Below are positions 1 to 10,382 of a DNA stretch of 45,876 bases, one piece after another (the first letter of the stretch is position 1; every line of letters starts with the position of its first letter). This DNA is from Promethearchaeia archaeon (lineage in GTDB: Archaea; Asgardarchaeota; Lokiarchaeia; Sigyniarchaeales; SOKP01). The stretch covers positions 1 through 45,876 of the forward strand of contig JAHQWH010000047.1 of NCBI GenBank assembly GCA_029856105.1, read 5' to 3'. The translations under genes were made by a program, and so were the position numbers. The notes beneath the pieces were generated by a model. It had not been told where the DNA came from. It made no database searches and saw nothing but the letters and a program-made list of their open reading frames with translations.

Positions 1-1139
1 TTATCTATTTCTGAAGATAGAATTACGCCTATTGTGTCTGCTCCAACGAACCCCGCAATCAAAGGAAGCACATATACTTTTCCTCCTCGAGAGATCTTAA
101 GATTTGTATCTTTAGAATTTAAAGTTAGTCCTCGCTTAACTGCTGGCACATACGGGCTTAAACCAATATGTGTAGGATCTATGTTTAGAAAAATATGGTG
201 CATAACAGAATTACCAACAACAGTGGCTTCGCGTATGTCCGAAGGTTGAATTTTAACTTTTGCGCAATTTTTTTTTATCATATCATTTAAAGCGCCAACA
301 ACAGCAGAACTTAGTTTTAGAAGTCCATCTTCGTTGTCTTTAATATATGTAATCCGGGTAATAACATCCTCCCCATAGGCAGTTTGTGGATTAAGTGCTG
401 AGGCGACAGAATAGACTTTTCCGTCGTTCAAGTTTATTAGATAACCTACTAAAGTTGTAGTTCCAATATCAAACGCGATCCCGTAATTTCTATCAACTTT
501 ATTACCCGCTTCAAAATCGATGATTTTACTGTTGTCGTATAGAGTTATTGTAATGCGATGGTTTTCTTCTCTTAAAATTTTAGGCAATTTCTTTAAAGCT
601 TCAAATTCTACTAAAAGCGTATTTGTATCTTTAATAATTCCCTCTTTAGACGAGAGGGAATTTAATACTCTTTCCAAATCTGGAACGGGATCTTCTAAAT
701 TTGGTTTATTAACTTCTACAAACAACTTCTTAACCTTTGGATTTAGGTTAACTCCGTTATTTAACCCTGAAGTTAAAATCTTAAAATCTTCAACTAAGAG
801 CTCTTGAGGTAAAAAAACTCTAATTTGAGGTTGTTGCTGTGTTTTCAAGAGCGGAATTTGATTTTCCGCGACCCTACTTTGGCACGCTAACCGCCAGCTT
901 TCATTGATTTCTGTTGGAGTTAGAAGGGTCTTCTCTGAATCTGTGGGAGAATTCAAATATTTATTTCCTTTTTGAACCATAATTTTACACTTACCGCAAT
1001 TTCCAAGGCCACCACATAGTGATCTAACACGGATGCCAGAATTAATCAACAATTGGTAAATATTCTCGTCCTTTTCGCAGGATAGTCTCCTTGAGATCGG
1101 TTCAAAATCAATTGTTATTTTGAAATTATTATTATTCAT
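1..1139 (-). CDS. Reductive activator of corrinoid proteins (RACo/RamA/AcsV-like; 2Fe-2S + ASKHA/DUF4445), truncated by the window edge; missing from the ORF track
   Basis: Manual translation from ATG at 1139: MNNNNFKITIDFEP..., 2Fe-2S motif CGGLGNCGKC...RLACQ, ASKHA motif GIAFDIGTTT, NPQTAYGEDVITRI, VVGNSVMHH, LPLIAGFVGAD. Frame stays open to position 1. Confidence 0.9.
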   Translation of the reverse strand, partial: MNNNNFKITIDFEPISRRLSCEKDENIYQLLINSGIRVRSLCGGLGNCGKCKIMVQKGNKYLNSPTDSEKTLLTPTEINESWRLACQSRVAENQIPLLKTQQQPQIRVFLPQELLVEDFKILTSGLNNGVNLNPKVKKLFVEVNKPNLEDPVPDLERVLNSLSSKEGIIKDTNTLLVEFEALKKLPKILREENHRITITLYDNSKIIDFEAGNKVDRNYGIAFDIGTTTLVGYLINLNDGKVYSVASALNPQTAYGEDVITRITYIKDNEDGLLKLSSAVVGALNDMIKKNCAKVKIQPSDIREATVVGNSVMHHIFLNIDPTHIGLSPYVPAVKRGLTLNSKDTNLKISRGGKVYVLPLIAGFVGADTIGVILSSEID

Positions 1140-1360
1140 GGATTGTGCTCCCTTATATCAATTAAAGAAATAAAGATTAAGCATCAAAAATGACACTAAA
1201 ATGACTTTTAATGGTTATTTTTTGTTAGTAAGGTTAATCATTAAAATATAAAAAGTTTAATTAATAAATCGGTTTAATTTATTGTAAGAAATAAGAATAT
1301 TTTCACTCTAATCTTATTAACAATTCAATTTAAATTAAAAAATTACGAGTTAGTTTTAAA

Positions 1361-4300
1361 ATGGAGAGAAATGAGGCATTGGCTCAAGAAGCTGTAAGAT
1401 ACTTAGGCTTAGCTCAGAGGTTTGAGCAGGAGGGCAGTATAGAGAAGGCTATAGAACATTATGGTGTTGCTGCAGATTATCTTAAAAATAGCGGCTATAT
1501 GATGCAAAGAATTGATGAGATTTATTCCCGGATTGAAGAATTAAAAAAATTCGTTAAGCAAGAGATTTTCTACCGCCAAGAGCATTTCAGGGCTCAAGTT
1601 GAGCAAGTCCAAGAACAAGCATTTTCTTTGTTAGATGGAGCTCAAAAATTAGAATCTGATGGATTTCTTGAAGATGCAATTAGCCAATATATGTCAGCAA
1701 TTAAATTATTGGTTCAATCAGGATGGACTGAAGCTCAATTAGGGAATTTGAAGAGTAAAATAGCCGTTCTTGCGGGAAATTTGGAACGACAAAAAATAAT
1801 TCAAACGCAAAAAGAAATTGAATCTCAAATACTAGAAACTGAACCTCAAGTTGTTGGTGCGTTTGGCAAAAAGAAAATTGCTTCTAAAGCAGAAGAACTA
1901 AAAATATATAGAGAAGCCAAACAAAGAGAAGAACAAATTCAAACCGATGCTTTTGCGTTTATTGACAATGCAAAGTTTTTCGAAAAAGACAATAAATTTG
2001 ATAAAGCGATAGATAGTTACGAAAAAGCTATTGAACTATTAAACTTAATAGGGTGGCAAACCCAGACACAAAATATAGCGCTAATAGTTCAAAAATTAAG
2101 AAAAGACAAAAAAGAATTTGAAATAATTAAAACGCAGAAGCCTTTAGAACGAAGATTTATAAAAGGAGAAGTTGGAGTTAAAGGATTCGACGAATTTGAA
2201 CTCGAAGAATTTAAAAAGGACGAAGAGAAGATTCAAATAGACGCGTTTAACCTAATAGATATTGGAAAAAAGCTGGAGCGGGAAAAAAAATACGATAAAG
2301 CAATAACCAAGTACGAAAAGGCAATAGAATTACTTAAATCCATAGAATGGGATTCTTACATTCAACCTATTGTTAATTTTATCAAAAGTATAGAAAAAAA
2401 GCAAAAATATGAGGAAAGTACTGAAAGCCTGAAACAAAAGCGAGAAATCGATTTAAAAAGTCTACAAGACAAAATCTTCTTAAAAGAAAGAGAAGAGATT
2501 GTACAAACAGCAAAAGAGCTAGAGCAAAAAAGATTACAATTTGAACAAAAAAGAAGAAAAGAAACTAGAAAAGAGAAAGAATTTTTTACGACTTTAGATA
2601 ATGCCGATAAGATTTTAAAGGAAAAATACGATTTTAATAAGGCTGTTGTAGAATATCAAAAAGCGTTAGAACTTTTAAAAGGTTTAGGAGGGGGATGGGA
2701 ATCGTATGCGGGAACAATTAAATCTACAATATATAGTATCAACATGTTAAAAGAAACTCAGATAGAAAAAGAAATGGAACAACAAAAGAAAATAGAGCAA
2801 CAACGTAAAGGTGATTTAGAATTTCAACAACAAATTTCAATAGAATTAGCGAAGGAACGAGAGAGAATTAAACAAAGGGAAATTGCGTTAGAATTAAAAA
2901 GAGACGAAATTGAGTATAGAGAACACCGTAAGGAGGCTGCCTTTAAGGCTTTAGAAGAAGCAGAAGAATATGTAAATCAATCTGATTTAGATAACGCGAT
3001 ATTAGCCTATCAAACTGCGGGAAATATTTTTGCTGGCATCCAATGGGACGAAGAATTACATTTAATTGAAGATTCCATAAGAAATCTTGAAAGCAGAAAA
3101 AAAGAGAAATCATTAATGAAGCAAAAGGATTTACAGAGATCTATTGAAAAATATAAAGCAGAGCAATCGTTTCAGGAACAAATATCCAAAAAATTACAAG
3201 AAGAGCGTGAAAGATTAAGTAAAAAAGAGATTATATTAAGGGAGCGAGATGCAGAATTAGAACATCGAGAAAGAAGAAAGGAAGAAGCTTTTAATGTATT
3301 AGGCGAAGCGCAGAAGTTATTGGAAAAAGGAAATTACGAAAAAGTTATAGAATTATACCAATTAGCAACAAACATTTTTGCGGAAATTCAATGGTATGAT
3401 GAAGTTGAAAAAATTGGAAATGCAATTGTTGAGATAGAAAATAAAAAACTTGACACTGGAATTAAAAAGCAAAGGGATACGTTAGCTCTCATGAAAAAAG
3501 AAAGAGAGGATAGAGCGTTTCAAGAGATTACAATTAAAGAAATGAAAGTCCAAAGAGAAAAGTTAAAGCGAAAAGAAATTACATTAAGAGAACGCGAAAA
3601 AGAAGCCATATTTAGAGAAAAGCGAAAAGAAGAAGCCTTTAAAATACTAGAAGAAGCTCAAAATTTTCTCTCTTTAGGGGCGTTTGATATGGCAATTGAA
3701 AGTTATAGAAATGTAAGCGAGATCTTTGCTCAAATTCAATGGGTAGAAGAACTACCGTTGATTAGACAAGCTATTAGCGACATAGAAATAAAAAAGAAAG
3801 AGAAAGAGCTATGGAAACAAAAAGCGTTTCAAGAAGCGATCAAAAAAGAAACCGACCACAGACAATTTCTTGACCACATCAAACATCAACGAGAAATAGA
3901 AAATATTAAAATACAAAAAGAGAAAGAATTTTTTGTAGAAAAAAAAGAGTTAGTTGCAGAAAGTGTTGCAAAAGAGAAAGAAGCATTCAGAATTATTGAC
4001 GAAGCTGATTTTTTACTAAGACAAGAAAGCTTTGACGAAGCTTTACAATCTTATAATAACGCTCTTATCATATTAAATGACATTGGGTGGACAGGAAGTT
4101 ATATAACCTTATTAGAAGATACAATTCGATCGATCCAGTTTAAAAAGAAGGAAAAAGATCAGAGAATTATTCGAGAAAGGGAACGTTTAAAAAAACAAAT
4201 AGACGATGAAAGAGAGTTCGAGAGAAATATAGCTGAACATCTTCAAAGTGAAAAAGAGCGTATGATGTCTAAGAAAGTTGAGCTTCGAAAAAGGGAAGAT

Positions 4301-6286
4301 TTAATAAAATATATGGAACAACGTAAATTAGAAGCCTTTAAAATTATGGATCAAGCAGAAGTGTTATTAATGCAAGGGTTATACGAGCATGCTATAGATA
4401 TTTATTATCAAGCAGAGTTAATCCTAACTCAAATCCAATTCCCAACGGATATAATTAAAGAAATGATTCGTAAGGTACAAGAGAAAAAGCATGAAGATGA
4501 TTTAGCAAAACAAAATGAATTTGAACTCATAATAAAAAAAACTGAGGAAGAAAAGCACTTTCTACAAACTATTGTAGAAAGTATGAAGTACGAAGAAGAA
4601 AAAATGAAAGCGAAGCAAATCAAACTTAAAGAACGAGACGAGCTAAAAATCTATCTGGAAAAGCGTAAAGACGTCGCATTTGAAATATTTGATGAAGCCA
4701 ATGTCTTTGTAAAACAAGGAAAATACGATAAAGCACTTGAATATTATAGAAGCGCGGAATTAATATTAAACGAAATTCAATTTCCAACCGATTCTATTAA
4801 GGAATTAATCGTTAAAGTCGGAGAGAAAAAACGAGAACATGAATTGCAAAAACAAAAAGAATTAGAATTTAAAGTTCAAAAGGAGCGCGAAGAAATCGGG
4901 TTTCAAAAGAAAGTTGCTGAGGATATAAGGGAAAAAAAAGAGCGCTTAAAATTAAAACAGATCGAAATTGGAAATTTAGAATTGTTACAAGCCAAACTTG
5001 AAAAGAGAAAAGATGAGGCTTTTCTGGTTTTAGAAAAAGCAGAGCATTATATTAATAGATTAGAGTATGATCTAGCCATTGCAAGTTATAGGAAAGCAAT
5101 GTTAATTTTAAATGAAATCCAATTTCCAACAGATTCTATTAACAACATGATTGAAAAAGTCATCAATCTCAAAGAGCAGAAAGAATTTGACGAACAACAT
5201 AAATTACAAAGAGAATTAGAAAGGCTGAAAGAAGAGAAAAATTTACAAGAAATATTAGAAGAGAGAAAAAAGCAAGAAAAAGAGAAAAAGATTGCGCAAC
5301 AATTAGCGCTTCAACAAAGAGAAAGATTAGTACAAGATCAACTAACTAACAGAGAGGCTGCTTATTCCCTTCTTGAAGAAGGAGTAGAATTTCTTAAAAG
5401 GGGGGTTCCTAATTTTGACAAAGCAATATCGTTGTATATTCAAGCAAGAGATTTACTGGCCGAAAAAATTGGCTGGGAACCTGAGATTAATAACTTGAAT
5501 ATACTGATAAAAGATCTCATTCAACAAAAAGCAGATTTTGTAGAAAAGAAAAAAATGGAAGCAGAGGTTAAAATTAAAAGGCAGCGCGAGTATGAAGTCT
5601 TTAGAGAAGAAATTCAAAAACGACGCACAGAATACGAACTAAAAAAGAGAGAGCAACAATTAAAGGTTAAAAGGTTATTCGAATCTAAACGAGATGCGGA
5701 GATAACTAAAGAGAAAGGTTTAAGGCTAATAGACGAGGGAAAACAGGCTGCAATCAAATATGACTTTAAAAAAGCTTATAAAAAGTTCAACAGCGCAATT
5801 GAAAAGTTTAAACAGATTGGATGGATTGAACAAATAAAATACATTCAAAAAGAGATTGAAAACACACGACAAATTGAACAAAGAACAAAAGAAGAAGATT
5901 TAAAATTCCAAAAGATTCGCGAAGATTTAGAATTTCAAAGAAGAAAGAAAGAGCGCCAAGTAAAAGAAGAAGAAACAAAATTAAAAGTGGTAGTTGGAGA
6001 AGTGAGCGATTTATCTATTGAGGTTTCGAAGTTAATTGAAATTAAAAGGCATCAAGATGAGATAAAAGCCCAACAAAAAATAAAACAAGTTGTATCCGAG
6101 TCAAAAGAATTTCGCAAGGATATGAAGGAATTTATTAATTTAAAGCAGGAACTTATGAATGAATTATCGGAATCGAAGGAAGATGCAAATAAGAGAAAAG
6201 AGAAGCTCAAATTAAATAAAGATAAAGAAAAAGCGGACGAAATTAAGAAAATGCTTAAAAAAATATCAAAAAACGAAAAAAAATAG
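1361..6286 (+). CDS. Giant repeat protein: about 14 MIT/TPR-like helical units joined by long E/K/R-rich charged helices
   Basis: 1641-aa ORF. Recurrent motif (E/D)AFxxLxxAxxxxxxxx(F/Y)DxAIxxYxxAxxIxxxIx(W/F) at roughly 90-125-aa spacing. No TM segment or signal peptide seen. Confidence 0.85.
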   Translation: MERNEALAQEAVRYLGLAQRFEQEGSIEKAIEHYGVAADYLKNSGYMMQRIDEIYSRIEELKKFVKQEIFYRQEHFRAQVEQVQEQAFSLLDGAQKLESDGFLEDAISQYMSAIKLLVQSGWTEAQLGNLKSKIAVLAGNLERQKIIQTQKEIESQILETEPQVVGAFGKKKIASKAEELKIYREAKQREEQIQTDAFAFIDNAKFFEKDNKFDKAIDSYEKAIELLNLIGWQTQTQNIALIVQKLRKDKKEFEIIKTQKPLERRFIKGEVGVKGFDEFELEEFKKDEEKIQIDAFNLIDIGKKLEREKKYDKAITKYEKAIELLKSIEWDSYIQPIVNFIKSIEKKQKYEESTESLKQKREIDLKSLQDKIFLKEREEIVQTAKELEQKRLQFEQKRRKETRKEKEFFTTLDNADKILKEKYDFNKAVVEYQKALELLKGLGGGWESYAGTIKSTIYSINMLKETQIEKEMEQQKKIEQQRKGDLEFQQQISIELAKERERIKQREIALELKRDEIEYREHRKEAAFKALEEAEEYVNQSDLDNAILAYQTAGNIFAGIQWDEELHLIEDSIRNLESRKKEKSLMKQKDLQRSIEKYKAEQSFQEQISKKLQEERERLSKKEIILRERDAELEHRERRKEEAFNVLGEAQKLLEKGNYEKVIELYQLATNIFAEIQWYDEVEKIGNAIVEIENKKLDTGIKKQRDTLALMKKEREDRAFQEITIKEMKVQREKLKRKEITLREREKEAIFREKRKEEAFKILEEAQNFLSLGAFDMAIESYRNVSEIFAQIQWVEELPLIRQAISDIEIKKKEKELWKQKAFQEAIKKETDHRQFLDHIKHQREIENIKIQKEKEFFVEKKELVAESVAKEKEAFRIIDEADFLLRQESFDEALQSYNNALIILNDIGWTGSYITLLEDTIRSIQFKKKEKDQRIIRERERLKKQIDDEREFERNIAEHLQSEKERMMSKKVELRKREDLIKYMEQRKLEAFKIMDQAEVLLMQGLYEHAIDIYYQAELILTQIQFPTDIIKEMIRKVQEKKHEDDLAKQNEFELIIKKTEEEKHFLQTIVESMKYEEEKMKAKQIKLKERDELKIYLEKRKDVAFEIFDEANVFVKQGKYDKALEYYRSAELILNEIQFPTDSIKELIVKVGEKKREHELQKQKELEFKVQKEREEIGFQKKVAEDIREKKERLKLKQIEIGNLELLQAKLEKRKDEAFLVLEKAEHYINRLEYDLAIASYRKAMLILNEIQFPTDSINNMIEKVINLKEQKEFDEQHKLQRELERLKEEKNLQEILEERKKQEKEKKIAQQLALQQRERLVQDQLTNREAAYSLLEEGVEFLKRGVPNFDKAISLYIQARDLLAEKIGWEPEINNLNILIKDLIQQKADFVEKKKMEAEVKIKRQREYEVFREEIQKRRTEYELKKREQQLKVKRLFESKRDAEITKEKGLRLIDEGKQAAIKYDFKKAYKKFNSAIEKFKQIGWIEQIKYIQKEIENTRQIEQRTKEEDLKFQKIREDLEFQRRKKERQVKEEETKLKVVVGEVSDLSIEVSKLIEIKRHQDEIKAQQKIKQVVSESKEFRKDMKEFINLKQELMNELSESKEDANKRKEKLKLNKDKEKADEIKKMLKKISKNEKK

Positions 6287-6293
6287 GTTCAAA

Positions 6294-7829
6294 TTATTCT
6301 TCACCATCTCTTTTTTTAAAACTTAATGTTAATTTCCTGATGTAAATCAGACTAATAACATTAATTCCTAATAAGATTATAAATGCAATATTTCTATATT
6401 CAAACACTAGTCGTACTAAAAAGCTTCCTGAAGCTCTCTGAACTAATTTTACAACTAAATAATAATTTTGAACTTCACTCGCGAAAACGCCCATTCTTTT
6501 GTCAAGATTATTCGGAATTAGTTGGTTTATGGTGTGAGACATTAGAATTGGTGATCCATATTCGTTAGGATCCATGTTGAATAAATACATTTCAGCTTGC
6601 GCTGCTCCAAGTTGATTTAATTCAAAAAAGTAATGATTTGGTTTAAGTTTAATCGGTAAGCAATAAACGCTAAAGTTTTGATTTAGAGAAAACCCTATTT
6701 CCGTACTTTCATTAATTAGTATTGGGTTATTTAAGGCGTCTAAGGCGGCATAACCTTGTATAATCCCCCACCCTTGTATATTATCTTGAATCGCTAGTGG
6801 GTTAACCGTCTTAAATGAAGTTAATGAGATTATGCTTTTTAGTTGTAACGGAGTTAAAGTCTCTTCTTTTTCCAACATTAACGCTGCTAATCCCGCAACG
6901 AAAGGTGTAGCTCCAGAAGTACCGGTCCTATAGCTATAACCATCTTGAAGGTCTTTGTCAGCACCAATTACTCCAACAGCGGGAGCGCACACATCTGGTT
7001 TTATAACGCCTTCAAAAGTCGGACCCTTCGCGCTACTTGGATACATGCTTCCTTCGTAATCTACTCCTCCAACAGCAAGAGCCGCTTTATCTGAAGCGGG
7101 AGCGTTAATAGTCCCATCGCCATAATCTTTTGAAGGATCCCCATCATTACCTCCAGCTGCAACGACTAGTATTCCGTCGTCAATAAGTGTTCTAGTTAGG
7201 CTATGAAATCGGGCAATTTCATCGAGATTGTTAGGTTCTGGTTTTGCTCCAAAACTCATACTAACAATTTTTATATCGAAAACATCCTTATTTTGAACAA
7301 TCCAATTAATAGCATTTTCCAATACAGAAGCGTTGGTTTCTCCAGTACTATCAAAAATTTTCAATATTACCAAATTTACATCTGGTGCTACTCCTTGATA
7401 TTCGCTACAATTTCCTCCTAAAATTGAAGCTGCCCATGTTCCGTGACCGTGATCGTCTCGTGGAATACTTGATTGATTTTCAATCACGTCGTAGAAGTTA
7501 ACAATTCTTTCAAACCAATCTAATTGACCACTATTTGTAAACACGCTATGATTAGCATAAATCCCAGTGTCTAATACAGCAACAGTTATATTTTTTCCCG
7601 TTAATCCATTATCCCAAAGACTATCTTGCAGGCCAATATAATCTTGCGCATTGTATGTAGAACTAATTTTTATTTCACTTGATGAAAAATGGAATGTATT
7701 ATCAACATTCGAACATTTTAAGCGCGAGCCGATTATTTGAGGAAACTCATAATCGTTTATTCCTAAAACTATAAATTGGGTTATTGGAAGTGTTAAAATG
7801 ATTAAAATTACTATAAATTGCTTTTTCAA
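6294..7829 (-). CDS. Subtilisin-like S8 serine protease, secreted, with C-terminal membrane anchor
   Basis: Catalytic triad motifs VAVLDTG, HGHGT, GTSGATP; hydrophobic N-terminus; C-terminal TM followed by a basic tail. Confidence 0.93.
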   Translation of the reverse strand: MKKQFIVILIILTLPITQFIVLGINDYEFPQIIGSRLKCSNVDNTFHFSSSEIKISSTYNAQDYIGLQDSLWDNGLTGKNITVAVLDTGIYANHSVFTNSGQLDWFERIVNFYDVIENQSSIPRDDHGHGTWAASILGGNCSEYQGVAPDVNLVILKIFDSTGETNASVLENAINWIVQNKDVFDIKIVSMSFGAKPEPNNLDEIARFHSLTRTLIDDGILVVAAGGNDGDPSKDYGDGTINAPASDKAALAVGGVDYEGSMYPSSAKGPTFEGVIKPDVCAPAVGVIGADKDLQDGYSYRTGTSGATPFVAGLAALMLEKEETLTPLQLKSIISLTSFKTVNPLAIQDNIQGWGIIQGYAALDALNNPILINESTEIGFSLNQNFSVYCLPIKLKPNHYFFELNQLGAAQAEMYLFNMDPNEYGSPILMSHTINQLIPNNLDKRMGVFASEVQNYYLVVKLVQRASGSFLVRLVFEYRNIAFIILLGINVISLIYIRKLTLSFKKRDGEE

Positions 7830-7906
7830 TAAGACGCACTAAAAGAATTTATATTTCTATGAAAAATTAATAATATATAATATTATTAAAATTAAGGATA
7901 TTTATA

Positions 7907-9484
7907 ATGACGGTAAACAAGGAAGATTTTAAAAAATCGCGAATGTACGCAAGACAGCAATTAATTGACGGGTGGGACCAAGAGATTGTTAGCAAAGGAT
8001 GCGTTATGATTGTCGGAGTTGGGGCTTTGGGTTGTGAAATAGCAAAAGATTTTGCCTTAATGGGAATTGGGAAAATAGTATTGGTAGATTTAGATACTAT
8101 CGAAACGTCCAATCTTTCACGTCAAATGTTGTTCAAGCCGGGCGATGAAGGTCGTCCTAAAGCAGAAGTAGCCGCAGAAAGATTAAAGGAAATGAATCCT
8201 TTTTTAAACGTCGATTTTTATTTTGAAAAGCTCCAAAAATTACAAATGTCGGTTTATGAAGAATGCGACGTTATCATTGCCGCTTTGGATAACTTTAACG
8301 CAAGGTTAGATTTGAATAAAATTTGTTTAAGGATAAAAAAACCTATGGTAGAAGGGGGAACCGTAGGATTTGAAGGACACGTACAAATCATTATTCCAGA
8401 AGGTTCTGATCTTCAATATAAAAAGAGAGAAATCGAGATCGAAAAAATAATTGAAAGTAAAATGTGGGAATTTGACAATCCGGAGTACTTAGACGCTCAG
8501 AAGGAAATAGAGCAACTAGAGTATCTAATTGATAGGTTAAAGAAAGAGAAACTTGAACCTTTTAGAAGACTAGTTAGAAAAAAAGTTGAAGAAGAATTTG
8601 ATAAAATATACGCTGGTAAAGTTTTGGATTTAACTCCTTGTTATCGTTGTATGGTCCCTATTCCTCCGGCAGACGATAAATTGGTCGCGGCGTGTACTTT
8701 AAAAGGGCTTCCAAGAAATAGGAATCATTGCGTTATAAAAGCAGAAGTACTGTTCGAAAAAGAATATGGTTTTAAACCTGATACGACCGTGGACGATGAC
8801 GTAGTAAAACTGAAGGCTTTAGCCCAGAATGAATTGATAGATTTAAGAAAAAGAGTGTTTGATGAAAATGTCTCTCCCGAAAAATTAGAAGGCCTATCCC
8901 CTGAAGAGATTCAAGAATGGAAAAATAACATTGAAGATACTTTCGGACCTGACTATAAGTTCGAAGAAATGGAAAATATATTAGGAAATAAAGTTGCGGC
9001 AATTCAATCCGTAAGTTCTATTATTTCTAGCATACAATCCCAAGAGGCGTTAAAACTATTATTTCGAATGCATGGAAGGAATATAGGCCCTCCAATGGAC
9101 CCTCCTTACATCAATTATAATGGGGTTTATGGACAATTCGACCATCTAGATGTAATTAAAAGGGACGATTGCCTTGCCTGTGGAGACATTGAAGGAGAAG
9201 AAAATGTTCAAATAGTTGTTCCGTTTGATGCGAACATAGCCTATGTGTTCAAAGCTATGAGAATAAGTGGATATACTTTAGAACCTATCCTATGGTTGAT
9301 TACTAATGCGGTGAACAAAGAAATGCTTTGGAATCCTTATATGAGCGGTGAATTTAAAGACCCAACTATAAAATTGACAGCTCTAAAAATCAAAAATAAC
9401 GACGTTCTTACTCTCACTCCTCTGGGAAAGGCAAAAGTAGAATCAGAGATTAAAAAATACAATGTTATAATTACTTTCATGTAA
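7907..9484 (+). CDS. Ubiquitin-like activating enzyme E1 (ThiF/MoeB adenylation domain + UBA3/UBA2-like catalytic Cys domain)
   Basis: YARQ, GVGALG, DLDTIETSNLSRQMLF, ALDN, Zn motifs PCYRC and CLAC, catalytic segment ACTLKGLPRNRNHCV. Confidence 0.92.
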   Translation: MTVNKEDFKKSRMYARQQLIDGWDQEIVSKGCVMIVGVGALGCEIAKDFALMGIGKIVLVDLDTIETSNLSRQMLFKPGDEGRPKAEVAAERLKEMNPFLNVDFYFEKLQKLQMSVYEECDVIIAALDNFNARLDLNKICLRIKKPMVEGGTVGFEGHVQIIIPEGSDLQYKKREIEIEKIIESKMWEFDNPEYLDAQKEIEQLEYLIDRLKKEKLEPFRRLVRKKVEEEFDKIYAGKVLDLTPCYRCMVPIPPADDKLVAACTLKGLPRNRNHCVIKAEVLFEKEYGFKPDTTVDDDVVKLKALAQNELIDLRKRVFDENVSPEKLEGLSPEEIQEWKNNIEDTFGPDYKFEEMENILGNKVAAIQSVSSIISSIQSQEALKLLFRMHGRNIGPPMDPPYINYNGVYGQFDHLDVIKRDDCLACGDIEGEENVQIVVPFDANIAYVFKAMRISGYTLEPILWLITNAVNKEMLWNPYMSGEFKDPTIKLTALKIKNNDVLTLTPLGKAKVESEIKKYNVIITFM

Positions 9485-9555
9485 ATTTTTCAAATTTATT
9501 ACTTTTTCTTAAACTCTTAGACCTTCAAAATGACTAAAAATATACTCATTTTATT

Positions 9556-9751
9556 TTAAATAATATTATCAAATATATTTTGATTAATTACTTGTGGCAT
9601 CAGTCCGAATGTCTCTATCCCATCAACCCTTACGGAATTTGGGAATATTTTTTTTCATTATATTATAACCAGCTTTTACATCGGCATTGATGAGCGTACC
9701 ATTGGAAGTTCTAAATAACCCCCGACTAATTATTTTACCTACATATTTCTT
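9556..9751 (-). pseudogene. tnpB: C-terminal remnant of a tnpB gene (RuvC-III region), frameshifted
   Basis: Minus strand reads KKYVGKIISRGLFRTSNGTLINADVKAGYNIMKKNIP / NSVRVDGIETFGLMPQVI..., matching the typical TnpB tail (RGLF..NG.LINADVN.A.NI..K..P....DGIE..GL.P), with a frameshift at or near an A-run. Confidence 0.8.
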
Positions 9752-9808
9752 ATAATTAAGATCTTTAGGATAGTTGTAAGTTTTATATTTATATTTGAAT
9801 TTAATTTA

Positions 9809-10321
9809 ATGGAGGAATTAAATATGAAACCATTTCATGAATATATGAATGAATATAGAAAACAGATGGAGAAAGGAGACATCAAAGAAGCATATAAAGG
9901 ATTGATGGAATATATTATGGAATTGAGATTGTATTTTAAAAAAAAATATCCTGATTATTTCGTATCTGGGAGTATTTATTATGGATATATGGATATGTCG
10001 TATTTTTCCTTCTTCCCAGAGTCATTAAAACTTCGAAAATTGAAAGTTGCGATAGTTTTTATTCATGACACATTTAGATTTGAAGTTTGGTTAGCGGGAT
10101 ATAATAAACAGATTCAAACAAAATACTGGAAATTGTTTAAAGAAAGTGATTGGAATAAATACCACATTCCATCAACGATAAAAGGTGTTGATTCTATTAT
10201 AGAGTACATTTTAGTTGAAAATCCAGATTTTAGTGATTTAGATACGTTAACAAAGCAAATAGAGAGAGGGACATTGAAATTTATTAAGGATGTTGAGAAC
10301 TTCTTAATAATATCAAGGTAG
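9809..10321 (+). CDS. Conserved hypothetical protein (resembles DUF7000 family)
   Basis: 170-aa ORF with GYMDMSYFSF...RFEVWLAGYNK; family recalled from memory, not searched. Confidence 0.6.
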   Translation: MEELNMKPFHEYMNEYRKQMEKGDIKEAYKGLMEYIMELRLYFKKKYPDYFVSGSIYYGYMDMSYFSFFPESLKLRKLKVAIVFIHDTFRFEVWLAGYNKQIQTKYWKLFKESDWNKYHIPSTIKGVDSIIEYILVENPDFSDLDTLTKQIERGTLKFIKDVENFLIISR

Positions 10322-10382
10322 AAATAGAATAGAAATTAGTCAATTGAATTTAAAATACCTCAATCTACTTATTATATTATAT

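Noticed and set aside
34-807. Plus-strand ORFs 34..249 and 520..807
   Set aside because: Antisense to the RACo-like gene, which the track missed because it runs off the window.
1361-6286. CRISPR array or DNA-level tandem repeat
   Set aside because: The repeats are degenerate and at protein level only. No repeat-spacer array or cas gene was seen anywhere in the window, so the TnpB is not called Cas12f.
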